DNA from: an uncultured Planctomycetales bacterium
Lineage (GTDB): Bacteria > Planctomycetota > MHYJ01 > JACPRB01
Reading direction: 5' to 3'
DNA: 64,000 nucleotides
Assembly: GCA_964526305.1 (NCBI GenBank)
Contig: CAZGKV010000005.1
Location: 41,546-105,545 of the forward strand
In this document: one piece after another, positions 54,279 to 64,000 of the stretch
Position numbering within the stretch: position 1 is the stretch's first letter
Layout: each line of letters opens with the position of its first letter
Translations under genes and position numbers: made by a program
Notes under the pieces: generated by a model
What the model saw: the letters and a program-made list of their open reading frames with translations, nothing else
Databases searched by the model: none
What the model was told of the DNA's origin: nothing

Positions 54279-54418
54279 CGGCGGGGGAGTTCGGGGGACT
54301 TTCTCGGGGAGGGTCGGGCCTTGCGAAGGTCGACGACCGCCGCGGTGATGGCGGCGAAGAGGGCGGCGCCGAGGGCGGCGGCGACCCAGACGGTCCAGCG
54401 CGCGCGGTGCGAGGACAT
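54275..54418 (-). CDS. Small single-TM protein (47 aa), not in ORF track
   Basis: MSSHRARWTVWVAAALGAALFAAITAAVVDLRK...; its stop overlaps the SDR start (ATGA). Confidence 0.5.
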   Translation of the reverse strand: MSSHRARWTVWVAAALGAALFAAITAAVVDLRKARPSPRKSPELPRR

Positions 54419-54516
54419 GATTAGGCGGAGGCTTTACCAGAAAGAGAGTGCGGAGTCCAGATTCCCTCACTGCCGGCTTGAGGTTGTCGTAGAATCCGGG
54501 GCGAGGGCCCGAATCG

Positions 54517-56316
54517 ATGGCACGCACGTTTCTCCTCTCCGGCGCGGCCGTTCTCTTTCTCACCTCGGGGGGCGCTCCGGCCCAGGATGCCAAGACGAAG
54601 GAGTACGACCTCGCGTGGAAGCTCCCCCACGACCGCGCGGCCGTCTACGAGGTGTGGGACGTCCCCACGCGGACGCGCAAGGGCGAGTTTTGGCTGTTGG
54701 GGTGTGAGTGGGAGCGACGCGTAGGGGCGACGGATCTGCGCGACATTGGATATCGATTCCTTTTTCGCAAGCCCAAGGAGACGGCCCGAGTCGGCGGCGA
54801 TTGGGACTTCAAAGAGCTCGGTTTCGGAATTGTCCCCGTTGCCGTTCCGGGAGCTCCTCCTTACGAAGCCGTCGGAAGATACCGTCTTCGGCAAGTGAAG
54901 ATCGCTTCATTGGAAGAAGCGATCAAGGCGGCCAAGGTCTCGAAGGCTGCTCCGAAGGGTTCGATGGAGCTCGGTTGGGTAGACGGGCAAGTCTTCCTTA
55001 CGCGACAAAGCTGGGTAGGCGGGAAGCTGAAGTCATCGGAGAAGACTCCCTCCATCGTGATCACGACGCTCGCCATCATCCGAATGAGCGACGGGGCGGT
55101 GGTCGGAGGGCGTGTACACATCGTGGGGAAGGGACCGGTCTACGCCAGCATGGGCGATCCGGGCATCTCTAAGCTTGACGGGGAGCTTGAGATCCTCCTG
55201 CAACAGCCGCTGGTCGAGTTGAGCCGCATAGGGTTGAAAGATCGAGTCGACCGCGCCGTGGAGCGGGGCGTCAGGTGGTTGAAGTCCAAACAGAATGCCG
55301 ACGGAAGGATTTCGGATCCTGTGGACGGGGGACCGGGCGCCACGGCACTGGCGGTTCAGGCTCTCGTGCACTCCGGCGTTCCGCTCGAGGAAGATTCGAT
55401 CAGGAGAGGGTATTCCTACATTTCGAAACGTGTCGGACGAACCTATGATATTGGCCTTCAACTCATGGCGATCGAGGCGAAGTACATGCCACAAGGAACC
55501 CTCGAGAGCATCGACACGTATTCCGAAGAGAAGTTTCGTGCCGAGGTCACGAAGCGAATTTCACCTGCGGACAAATACATTGTCGAAGGCGCCGCGAAGA
55601 CGCTTATTGATGGCCAGGACAATGAAGGCGGCTGGAGCTACGCGGCCGGGGGGTGTGCGGATCTCTCGAATACGCAATACGCGATTCTGGGGCTTAAGTC
55701 GGCGTCCCGGTTGGGGGTCGCGGTGCCTGCAATTACTTGGAGAAAGTCACTGGGATTCGCTCTGCAGAAGATGAAACTTACAGGAGAGGACGCAGTGCTT
55801 GAGTGCATATTCAAGAGCGGAAAAACAGAGGGACGAAAAGCTCAATTGTGTGGGTGGGTGTACTCTACCAAGTACGATGATATCACTGGATCAATGACAA
55901 CGGCTGGGCTCACGATCCTTGCAGTCTGTCGCAGTGAGTTACTTCGGTCGAAAGAGTGGACGAGCGAGACACTGCAAAAGAGTACACAAGACGCGGAATG
56001 GGGGGGGCTAGCCTGGCTCGAGAAGTACCTCACCTTTAGAGGCACCCCGCCCGAGGGGCTTTGGTACCACGCCGCCTTTCTCTACTACTATATCTATGGA
56101 GTCGAACGCGTAGGACTCCTCCTCGACCTCCAGAGGATCGGGCAGCACGATTGGTATGGCGAAGGAGCCGCCATCCTTCTTTCCTGGCAGCGAGAGGATG
56201 GACGGTGGGAAGGCCCCCAACGGGTCCCCGTGCTCGAATCTTCGTTCGCCCTACTCTTCCTCAAGCGGACGACGTTACCGGTACCCATACCGACGGGCAA
56301 CGGCAAGAACCCATAG
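54517..56316 (+). CDS. Exported prenyltransferase/squalene-cyclase-repeat (alpha-alpha barrel) protein
   Basis: Signal peptide, WLKSKQNADG, GGWSY, DLSNTQYAILGL, YYIYGVERVG, WQREDGRW, FALLFL. Confidence 0.8.
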   Translation: MARTFLLSGAAVLFLTSGGAPAQDAKTKEYDLAWKLPHDRAAVYEVWDVPTRTRKGEFWLLGCEWERRVGATDLRDIGYRFLFRKPKETARVGGDWDFKELGFGIVPVAVPGAPPYEAVGRYRLRQVKIASLEEAIKAAKVSKAAPKGSMELGWVDGQVFLTRQSWVGGKLKSSEKTPSIVITTLAIIRMSDGAVVGGRVHIVGKGPVYASMGDPGISKLDGELEILLQQPLVELSRIGLKDRVDRAVERGVRWLKSKQNADGRISDPVDGGPGATALAVQALVHSGVPLEEDSIRRGYSYISKRVGRTYDIGLQLMAIEAKYMPQGTLESIDTYSEEKFRAEVTKRISPADKYIVEGAAKTLIDGQDNEGGWSYAAGGCADLSNTQYAILGLKSASRLGVAVPAITWRKSLGFALQKMKLTGEDAVLECIFKSGKTEGRKAQLCGWVYSTKYDDITGSMTTAGLTILAVCRSELLRSKEWTSETLQKSTQDAEWGGLAWLEKYLTFRGTPPEGLWYHAAFLYYYIYGVERVGLLLDLQRIGQHDWYGEGAAILLSWQREDGRWEGPQRVPVLESSFALLFLKRTTLPVPIPTGNGKNP

Positions 56317-56318
56317 GA

Positions 56319-57332
56319 CTACCACTGAAGTTGAAGCTCGAGCCCCGCGCCCCCCGTCCATCCTTGGACGTCTCCAAACAACCGCACGAATTGCCCCGCG
56401 ATTCCGATACGAAACGACGGGGCGAGTCGGATCGATCCTCGCACCATCGGACCCGCGAGGAAGCCGAACAGAGTTCGATCCTCGACGGATTCGGTCTCCT
56501 CGATCGATCCGCTCCGCGTGACGGTCATCTCGGTCAGCCGACCCACATAGACTCCCCCCAGGATTCCCACCTCCGCGGTGAGAAGTCCGTCGGGGGTGGC
56601 GAAGCGCTTGAGGATCGGCGCCGCGCCCATCTCGATAAGCCATAGCCGCCCGCTCAGGTCGAATCGATCCGTCACGGTCCTCGGGGGGTCGGCCGGTGGG
56701 GGTTCCTCCTCCTCTTCGCGCCCCTCGGGGGGACGTTCCGGGGGAGTGGAGGCCACCAATCGGGTCACCTCCAACGGGTCGCTTTCGAAACTCCCCGAAA
56801 GATACCGGCCGAAGACGTCGAACTCGAATTCCCCGAACGCCAAACGAGTCGAGAGCATTCCGCCCGGCATCCCCTCGAGCTGGATCGAGTCGAAGTCGAC
56901 CGCGCTCAGATCGGAAGGGAACGTCGTCGATAGCCTGGGAACCTCCACTCCCGTAGGAATCTGAAAGAACCCCCCAGTCGAAATCGATCGGAAGGGGGCG
57001 ATCGACATCGGAATCGGCTCCGGGATCGGGCGCTTCTCTTCGTCCTCTTGGTCCTCTCCGGGCGCGGGAGAGGTGAAAAGCGACGCGGGACGGTTGCGCT
57101 CGCGCTTACGCCAGTGGCAACGGGTGTTGAAGGAGAAGCCGCCGTTGGGGTGACGGAGCTCGAGCGTGTCGGGGTGACCGGCGTCCGTCACCCCATCCTC
57201 GCGCTCTTCGTCGAAGTACTCGTCGAGCCGGAAGTTGACGTGACTCTGTGAGCCCCGGATCGAGTTGCGATCCTCGGAGATGGGGCGCTCTTGAGCGATT
57301 CCCATCATGAGAGCCGTAAGCAATGGAGTCAT
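56319..57332 (-). CDS. Exported protein, possible outer-membrane beta-barrel
   Basis: Signal peptide, amphipathic beta strands in the C-terminal half, terminal aromatic (LELQLQW). Confidence 0.6.
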   Translation of the reverse strand: MTPLLTALMMGIAQERPISEDRNSIRGSQSHVNFRLDEYFDEEREDGVTDAGHPDTLELRHPNGGFSFNTRCHWRKRERNRPASLFTSPAPGEDQEDEEKRPIPEPIPMSIAPFRSISTGGFFQIPTGVEVPRLSTTFPSDLSAVDFDSIQLEGMPGGMLSTRLAFGEFEFDVFGRYLSGSFESDPLEVTRLVASTPPERPPEGREEEEEPPPADPPRTVTDRFDLSGRLWLIEMGAAPILKRFATPDGLLTAEVGILGGVYVGRLTEMTVTRSGSIEETESVEDRTLFGFLAGPMVRGSIRLAPSFRIGIAGQFVRLFGDVQGWTGGAGLELQLQW

Positions 57333-59290
57333 GGCGAATGCCTCCGCTTCCGGAAGGTCAGAATAGGAGTGCCTGTTGAATCAAACTGCATCTCACCCCT
57401 TTCCCAAGAGGACATGTCAATCTCCTTCGCCTCCCCCGTCTTGGGATCGTACGTCGCACCGCCGCGGTCCATCGGCTTTCTCCCCCCCGGCGTCCAAGTA
57501 CCCACCTTCTGGCCGGTGTAGTAGTCGGTGTACCCCGAGCCCTGGAGCGGCCAGCGGCCGCGCGGGTACTGGGTTCCGGACGGCTGGGTGCCCCCCACGA
57601 GATCGCCGACCGCCGGCGTGGAGGTGTGCGGCGGGATCGTGATGTAGACGTTTGTCACGCTTTGCGCATTTGCATCGGAGCCTCCGCGCTCGTGCGTCGT
57701 GGGCCGCTCTCCGCCGTCGCGCGGCACCAGATTGGATAGCGTCGAGAGGGATTGGAACGCCGTCCCCGCCTCGCGCGCCAGGGCGTCGCTCATGAGCGCG
57801 TTCGACATTCCGCCCACGACTGGACTGTCGAGGAGCGACTCGGACGATCCTCCGCGCGGGTCGGGCCCGACGAAGAGAATCGGCGTCACGTGCGGGAGAC
57901 GGCCCGTGTTCGTAATCACCTTCGTCGGCGCGCCGCCGCCCCCGCGCGGCAGGACCGACGGCGCGGGCTCGCCCAGGAATCCGCCGTCGCGCCAGAGGTA
58001 CGAACGCCGATACGTAAACCACGCCACCGCCGGGAAGCGCTCGGCCGGGAGCGAGGAGAGATCGATGCGCACCGTCTCGTCGCTCTTTTCGGGCGTGAGC
58101 GGCCGCGACGTCACCGTCGCCCCGGACGTCGGACGACCCGTGCCGTGTGCGACGAGGAGACGCTCCGAGACCGCCTTCGAGGTTTCGAAGCACGAGAGAT
58201 GGACGTCCGCCCGCGTCGCCGGCGCACGCGCGGGAAGCATCACGGCCGCCCGCGGCGGAACCGGGACCGAGGTCACGACATGGCCGTCGCGCCCGGACAA
58301 CACGGAGATCGGCTCCGGAGCGGGGCCGTCGGCGCTGAGACCCTCGGGCATCGGGAGCACGAAGACGCGGCCGACCATGACTCCGTCCGCCGCCACGACG
58401 TCCACGAGAAGATCCGGCGCGAGCACCGCGTCGCCGTACGCGGCGTAGGCCTCCTCAAGCACCTTGCCGTGCTTTTTCCTGGGATCCGCGAGGAAGAGAA
58501 GGAACTGCCGATCGCTCCGCGGAAGCGCGAACGCCCAGAGGGAGCCGAGCCTCGTCTCTCGCGGCCGGCCCGCGAAGGGCTGGGCCGCGAGCGTCGAATC
58601 CGCGGCACCGAGGTCGCGCACCCGAGCCACCAGCGCGTCCGGGAGCGCATAACTCGATCGCGGCGATCCGTCCGCCGCCTTCATCTCCTGCGCGGGCGAG
58701 ACGAACGCCACCGTCTGCGGCGCGTCGGCTCGGACATCGAGGACGAGCCCCGGTCGATCGACGGGCTTTCGCACGAGGTCGCCCGGAAAGAGATGCGCAT
58801 GGTATCCCCATTTGCGCGTATCGTTGAGTCGAATCTTCCCGCCCGCGTCGGCGAAGAGCGTGACCTCCGGCGTCTCCTCGAGCGCCTTGGCGAGATCTCC
58901 GAGACAGCTTCCTTCGCCGCCGAGCGGATGGGGTTCGAAGAACGTAACCTCCACTTGGAGGATAGGATCCCGCGAATGTCGGCGCGGATACCACGTCGAA
59001 GGCGGGATCGAGGTCCGCACCGTCTCCGTCGGAGAGACGGCGACCTCGGTCCGCGAGGAGGAGACTTCCGCGACATCGCGCTTCGGGAAGACGCGAACGC
59101 GGCCGTTCGACTCGATCGAGAGATCGTGGGCGTCGACGGAAACGATCCGCCCCGAGATCGACTCGCCCGATTTCAAGCGAACCACGTCGCCCGTCTCCTG
59201 ACGAGTCGAAGCGGTCGGGGTCTCGGAACGCGGGGAGCCCGCGCACGCCACCAGCGCGGCGACGGCCAGGGAAGCGAAAAGAGCGCGCAT
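57329..59290 (-). CDS. Lipoprotein, hypothetical
   Basis: Lipobox ALVAC at ATG 59290, VRLKSGESISGRI small beta domain. ATGA overlap with the next gene. Confidence 0.7.
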   Translation of the reverse strand: MRALFASLAVAALVACAGSPRSETPTASTRQETGDVVRLKSGESISGRIVSVDAHDLSIESNGRVRVFPKRDVAEVSSSRTEVAVSPTETVRTSIPPSTWYPRRHSRDPILQVEVTFFEPHPLGGEGSCLGDLAKALEETPEVTLFADAGGKIRLNDTRKWGYHAHLFPGDLVRKPVDRPGLVLDVRADAPQTVAFVSPAQEMKAADGSPRSSYALPDALVARVRDLGAADSTLAAQPFAGRPRETRLGSLWAFALPRSDRQFLLFLADPRKKHGKVLEEAYAAYGDAVLAPDLLVDVVAADGVMVGRVFVLPMPEGLSADGPAPEPISVLSGRDGHVVTSVPVPPRAAVMLPARAPATRADVHLSCFETSKAVSERLLVAHGTGRPTSGATVTSRPLTPEKSDETVRIDLSSLPAERFPAVAWFTYRRSYLWRDGGFLGEPAPSVLPRGGGGAPTKVITNTGRLPHVTPILFVGPDPRGGSSESLLDSPVVGGMSNALMSDALAREAGTAFQSLSTLSNLVPRDGGERPTTHERGGSDANAQSVTNVYITIPPHTSTPAVGDLVGGTQPSGTQYPRGRWPLQGSGYTDYYTGQKVGTWTPGGRKPMDRGGATYDPKTGEAKEIDMSSWERGEMQFDSTGTPILTFRKRRHSP

Positions 59291-59298
59291 CGAACCTC

Positions 59299-61143
59299 CT
59301 ATGGATGTTTCATCCGAATGCTTCTGAGCGCGACGGACCCGCCGCCGGCGCCGAGCTTGAGCCCAGAATCCAAGACACCGTCGAGCGACCACACGAGGCG
59401 CCCGTCCGCGAAAACCGACACGCCATTCCCGTGCGGAAGAACGGCGACCTCCGCGACGGGAGGGATCTTCGTACGCCGCTCGACTCGAGGCCTCCCCTCC
59501 TCCATCCGGAACAGCGTGATCGAATCGCGTGAGACATCGAACCACCGAGTGGGCGAGAGCGCGACTCCGAGAGCGGCCTCGCTGTGAAATCGGATTCGGT
59601 ATCCCGAGCTTGCCGCCGAGGTCTTGCGGAGAACCCAGGAACCGTCCGACAGGAGAATCTCGCCGCCCTCGAACCGCACCTTGCCTTCGCGATCCCACCC
59701 GAGGAACTCGACTTCTCCGACGAGCTCGTGCGAAAAGCCCGCGAGGGTCTCCTCCGCGCGGAGCTCTGCCTCGAGAGCGTCCACGGGTTCGAAGGCAAAT
59801 CGCAGATTCTTGGGGACATGGGAACACGCCTCTCTGAGCTCGGCCAAAGTGGCGCGGCGTTCCGAACAGATCGTGCCGACGATGCCGGGCAAGTACGACC
59901 AATACGCGGGGTCCGTGAGGAGCGCCGGATCCGCGGCGGGTCTTCCGGTCCGGCGGCGCTCCTTTTCGGCGTCGAGGAAGAGTCGCGCGTAGGAAGTCGG
60001 AGGAGGCTGAAGATCCGAAGACCAGATGCTCCGGATGGCGGCGAGCTCCTCGGCGGTCGGGATATGAGAGGGGAGCCAGGATTCGAAGGTCTCTTCGCGG
60101 CCCGGCCCCCATCGGCCGAACGGGCGAAGAGCGACATCGGGCTCCGAGAGAAGCTCGGTTGCGGCCGGTCCCGGTTCGTGCTTCGAGGGAGTCGCGAACA
60201 CGCCGAGAGATACCACCGGAGGGGCAGTCCGCTCCGGACGGAATACGGCCACCGCCGTCACGCCCACGCCCGCGGCGATCCAGAGAAGCGGCCGCGTTGC
60301 TCGGCGTCGCGGGGCCATGGCGCGATCGAGATCCGCAATGAGATCCGCGTAGCTCGCGTACCGACGGCTCGGCACCTTCTCGAGGCACTTGAGGATGACC
60401 GCCTCGAGCGCCTTGCTCAGCGCCGGATTCAGCCGGCGCGGCGGCTCGATGGGTTCGTTGCAATGCTTATAGAGGAGGTCGAGAGGCGACCCGCTCTGGA
60501 ACGGCGGTCGCTCGGTCACCATCTCGTAGATCACGCATCCGAGGGAATAGAGATCGGAGCGGAAGTCGATCTCGTCGCCCCGGGCGAACTCGGGGGCGAC
60601 ATAGGCGGGCGTGCAGGTCACGGACTGGCTGTCGGTAACCTTGGCGCGGCCGAGCTCCGCGGGCTTGGCCAGCCCGAAATCCGCGAGCTTCACCGACCCG
60701 TCGTCGCAGACGAAGATGTTTCCGGGCTTCACGTCGCGGTGGAGGATTTCGGCGCGTTGGGCCGCCTCGAGGGCTCGGGCGACTTCTTTCGCGATGCGGG
60801 CCGCCTCGCCGTCCGACAGTCGGCCTCCGGAAAGGAGCTGCTCGACCGTCTTGCCCTGGATCCGTTCCATCGCGATCCACCCGCGGCCGTCGGTCCGACC
60901 TGCCTGGTAGACGGCGACGATTCGGGAATCCTGGAGTCGGCCGAGGGCAAGCGCCTCGCCGTGGATTCTCCGAAGAAACTCCTCGAGGGCTTCGGGGCTC
61001 TCGGCCCGCGAGGCATCCATCACCTTGACCGCGACGATTCGGTTGAGGGAGATCTGGAGGGCTTCGTAGACGATACCCATTCCCCCCCGGCCGAGCTCGC
61101 GATCGAAGTGGACCTCGAAATCCCCCCAGACGGCGGCGTTCAC
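59299..61143 (-). CDS. Ser/Thr protein kinase with TM segment and extracytoplasmic domain
   Basis: GRGGMGIVY, HRDVKPGN, DFG, APE, SDLYSLG. Confidence 0.9.
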   Translation of the reverse strand: MNAAVWGDFEVHFDRELGRGGMGIVYEALQISLNRIVAVKVMDASRAESPEALEEFLRRIHGEALALGRLQDSRIVAVYQAGRTDGRGWIAMERIQGKTVEQLLSGGRLSDGEAARIAKEVARALEAAQRAEILHRDVKPGNIFVCDDGSVKLADFGLAKPAELGRAKVTDSQSVTCTPAYVAPEFARGDEIDFRSDLYSLGCVIYEMVTERPPFQSGSPLDLLYKHCNEPIEPPRRLNPALSKALEAVILKCLEKVPSRRYASYADLIADLDRAMAPRRRATRPLLWIAAGVGVTAVAVFRPERTAPPVVSLGVFATPSKHEPGPAATELLSEPDVALRPFGRWGPGREETFESWLPSHIPTAEELAAIRSIWSSDLQPPPTSYARLFLDAEKERRRTGRPAADPALLTDPAYWSYLPGIVGTICSERRATLAELREACSHVPKNLRFAFEPVDALEAELRAEETLAGFSHELVGEVEFLGWDREGKVRFEGGEILLSDGSWVLRKTSAASSGYRIRFHSEAALGVALSPTRWFDVSRDSITLFRMEEGRPRVERRTKIPPVAEVAVLPHGNGVSVFADGRLVWSLDGVLDSGLKLGAGGGSVALRSIRMKHP

Positions 61144-61605
61144 TAAACCTTAACCCTCCCCGGAAGGCGGATTTCCTACCAGAAGGCCTCCGGGCAATCA
61201 AGCTCAACCTTCCGTGCGTCCAGGGAGGGAAGAATCGACGCGGAAAATCGGTTCCTAAGAGCTTAGGGATGGGAGGGCCAGAAGGCGGCGAAGAGAACCG
61301 CGGATGATTCTCGTCGGGGAGCTGGGCTAACGCGGAAGTGACTCCTCCCGTCGGATCCTCCTTGACCGAATTCCGGGGGATCGGCGGTTTCTCCCGGTCC
61401 CTCCCGAAGCGGCCCAGTAATCGCTCACGTGTTTCTTCAACGGGGAGTCCACGAAGCACACCAAGAAAGAACGGAAATCCCCTCGGATGGAGCCGGCCGA
61501 TTCTCTGCGGAGACCCCGATGAGGCAGAATGGAAGCCAGGGCGAGTCCGTGATCTTGGTGCGAGGTGGCAAAGAAGCCCGCGAACGCTTCCATCGCTCCT
61601 TCTCG

Positions 61606-62967
61606 CTATTTCGCCCGCTTTTCGATCCGCCATTCCAAATTCTGAGTCCCCCACACGCCCCATTCCAGGGCCGGAATCAGGGTCCCTTCTCCTCCGAAGG
61701 CACGCTCACAACCCACGAGATAGAGGAACTCTCCCTGCAGAGCGGTCGCCATCACGGAGCTTGGACCGGGGGTATCGCTGCGTACGACCCCCTCATTTCC
61801 GAAATTTGAGACCAGAGCTCCGGTACCCAGGAGGCGCTTCTCGATTCGCCACTTCTGATCGTTCGCGCCGGAAAGGCTGTCCCACCCGGCGAGGTAGAGA
61901 TGCTCTCCGTCGATGGCCAGGCTGATCAATTCGGCGTCGCCGCCCGATAGAGGTTCCGTGACGACTCCCTGATTCCCGAATTCCCTCAGGAGAGACCCGT
62001 CGACCGGGCTTCGCTTCTCGATGCGCCACTCGGCACGACCATCCGGTGTATTGCGGTCCATGCCGGCGATGTAGAGCCCCGTGGAATCGAGCAACAAGCC
62101 GTTGATGTACTCGCTGGACGGGCCTACGTCTTCCACAACTACCCCCTCGATTCCGAATTCTCGAACCGGGGAACCGTCGATCTTATTTCGCTTCTCGATT
62201 CTCCATCTCGCCCCCCACCAACTACCGCCTGTGCCGCCAGAGTCGTATCCGGCAACGTACAGGGCCGAACCATCGGCGACGACGCGGTAATAGTCGTCGT
62301 CGTCCCCTGTCCATTCGCCGATGAGCACCCCGTTCTCGCCGAATCCCGGAATCAGCGAGCCGGTGTTCTTGTCGCGCTTTTCGAGTCTGGCGCGAGCGGT
62401 GCCCCAGTCCGATTCGCGATCGTACCCGGCAAGATAGAGGTGGTCGCCGTCGACGACGATGCAATGGAGTCCCTCGGTGCCTCCGCTGGGGTTCTCTGTC
62501 ACTTCGCCCACAAGGGAACCGTCCATGAGTCGCCGCTTTTCCATGCGCCATTGGGCGTCGCCCCACTCGGTCTTGCTGTCGATCCCGGCCACGTACATGA
62601 ATTCACTGTCGATCGCGATCGCCGTGGCTTGATCGGTGTAGGGGCTAGGATTGTTCACGACGACGCCTCCTGTGCCGAATTCGGATACGAGCTCGCCGTC
62701 CCTCAGCCGCCGCTTTTCGATGCGCCACTGCGCGTTGCCCGGATCCGAGTCGAAACCCGCCACGTACATGAATCGCGAGTCGGTGGCGACCGCGATGGGG
62801 AAATCGGTCGAGAAACTGGGCCCGTGAGTCACCACTCCCTCCCGACCGAATCCTTGGATGAGGTCGCCGCTTCGGAAGGAAGGTGGGGTGGCCGCCTCCG
62901 GCGGATGATCGACGCTCTCACAAGCGGCCAGCAAGAGGAGTCCAAGCCATGAGGACGGTCGAAACAT
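61606..62967 (-). CDS. Lipoprotein with seven WRIEKR beta-propeller repeats
   Basis: Lipobox LLAAC at ATG 62967. Seven copies of hYhAG.D...WRIEKR...G.L...FG..GVV, with the last blade completed by the N-terminal FGREGVV. Confidence 0.8.
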   Translation of the reverse strand: MFRPSSWLGLLLLAACESVDHPPEAATPPSFRSGDLIQGFGREGVVTHGPSFSTDFPIAVATDSRFMYVAGFDSDPGNAQWRIEKRRLRDGELVSEFGTGGVVVNNPSPYTDQATAIAIDSEFMYVAGIDSKTEWGDAQWRMEKRRLMDGSLVGEVTENPSGGTEGLHCIVVDGDHLYLAGYDRESDWGTARARLEKRDKNTGSLIPGFGENGVLIGEWTGDDDDYYRVVADGSALYVAGYDSGGTGGSWWGARWRIEKRNKIDGSPVREFGIEGVVVEDVGPSSEYINGLLLDSTGLYIAGMDRNTPDGRAEWRIEKRSPVDGSLLREFGNQGVVTEPLSGGDAELISLAIDGEHLYLAGWDSLSGANDQKWRIEKRLLGTGALVSNFGNEGVVRSDTPGPSSVMATALQGEFLYLVGCERAFGGEGTLIPALEWGVWGTQNLEWRIEKRAK

Positions 62968-63079
62968 CGTAGGCCTCCTTCCCGACTCACCGCTTCCTTT
63001 GAGACGCGCCCCGTATTTTCGCCGGGAGATTCTCCGGAGTCGTGCGCAGTACATGTCGGAACGGAACGAGGAGGACCTC

Positions 63080-63277
63080 ATGCGCGTGGGACCGGCGCTT
63101 ATCGCGGTAACGCCGGCGGGATGCCCCGGAGGGGGCGGGGGACTCGACGACGACGCGCGCTATCCCGCGTTCGCCGGGCGGGGCGACGGCCTCGTCCACG
63201 CGGTCTACTCGCACGGGGCCTCCGAGGAGACGGAGCCGTATTCGGTGTACGGCACGCGCCGCGCGTCGGCTCCATAG
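63080..63277 (+). CDS. Short hypothetical ORF, possibly a lipoprotein gene remnant
   Basis: Strong GAGGAGG RBS and a degenerate signal ending AGC. Only 65 aa. Confidence 0.3.
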   Translation: MRVGPALIAVTPAGCPGGGGGLDDDARYPAFAGRGDGLVHAVYSHGASEETEPYSVYGTRRASAP

Positions 63278-63341
63278 ACTACGGCGCGCTTGATTTTTCC
63301 TTGGAGGGATCTAACTTACAGCGGAACGAGAGGGGGACAGG

Positions 63342-63848
63342 ATGCGGATTCGCGAGGACGTCTATCGACTCTGCGGTTGCGGAAGCGTCCGGAAGTACCA
63401 GTTCTGCTGTCTGGACCTTCACCGGGAACACCCCATCGCATCGACTCGGACCGGCGCCATCGGCGCAGGCCCCAATGGAGCACCGCTCGTCCTCCTCGAC
63501 TTGGCGAAAGGGCTGGGGCCCTCTTCCATCTCGGCGCGCGACAAGGAGTCGTTGATCGCCCGAATTGCGCGTCGAATCTCGGTCCCGGACGTCGTGCGGA
63601 CTCTGTCCGGAACTCTCTCGCCGGAATCTTCCTCGGCCCTTCGTGACGTGGCCGGATCCGGAGGCCGCATGGCGTACGAAGAATTCACGCGCCGGCACGG
63701 ATCCGATGACAAGGACTCCGATCTGTGGAGTCGGTTCCCACCCGCGTCGACACTGGGACGCCTGAAATCGATCGCCCTCCTGGCGGAAGGCACCATCGGT
63801 GCTCGGGAGCTCGTCGTCATTCCAGCGGAAGTCCGCGGGGCGTTATGA
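63342..63848 (+). CDS. SEC-C-like metal-binding motif protein
   Basis: [13 protein letters not shown] resembles CxCGSGKKYKxCC. ATGA overlap with the next gene. Confidence 0.6.
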   Translation: MRIREDVYRLCGCGSVRKYQFCCLDLHREHPIASTRTGAIGAGPNGAPLVLLDLAKGLGPSSISARDKESLIARIARRISVPDVVRTLSGTLSPESSSALRDVAGSGGRMAYEEFTRRHGSDDKDSDLWSRFPPASTLGRLKSIALLAEGTIGARELVVIPAEVRGAL

Positions 63849-64000
63849 GCCATTTCATCATGCAGATCGAGGGTCTGCGGAAGGTCTACGATCGTCGCGC
63901 GGTGATCGAGGACATCAGCCTCTCCTTCTACCACGGAGCCAAGATCGGCGTCCTCGGCGCGAACGGCGCGGGAAAGTCCACCTTGCTTCGGGTCATGGCC
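63845..64000 (+). CDS. ettA: ABC-F energy-dependent translational throttle protein, 5' part only
   Basis: [30 protein letters not shown] matches the EttA/ChvD N-terminus. Confidence 0.85.
   Translation, partial: MSHFIMQIEGLRKVYDRRAVIEDISLSFYHGAKIGVLGANGAGKSTLLRVMA

Overview
High-GC (roughly 65%) bacterial chromosomal window. Its gene content (5 ECF sigma factors, 6 Hanks-type Ser/Thr kinases with WD40/TPR/FGE sensor domains, DUF1570-like and prenyltransferase-repeat exported proteins) is consistent with a Planctomycetota genome; this is an inference. The window begins in the 3' end of selB, so the organism very probably decodes UGA as selenocysteine. Two genes that the ORF track breaks apart read through in-frame UGA codons exactly where cysteines are expected, each followed by a SECIS-like hairpin. 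(1) A 1451-aa anti-sigma/alpha-2-macroglobulin fusion (36343-40698, minus) has thioester motif G-U-F-E-Q instead of G-C-x-E-Q, which predicts a selenoester macroglobulin. (2) A 162-aa exported HMA-like protein (30740-31228) has a U-G-L-S-U motif with two Sec. Other notable items: a circularly permuted OppA-type binding protein inside a 7-gene operon ending in pseudokinase, vWA and PurA-like genes; a Shango-like TerB/ATPase/helicase set dispersed over 16 kb; a perfect 74-bp AT-rich palindrome; an array of ECF and kinase-FGE modules with two paralogous micro-proteins; repeat-flanked AAA and GxxExxY-remnant loci; a candidate 6S-like RNA; and frequent apparently leaderless starts. No rRNA, canonical tRNA, CRISPR array, transposase or integrase was recognised. 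All family calls come from motif recognition by eye, not database searches.
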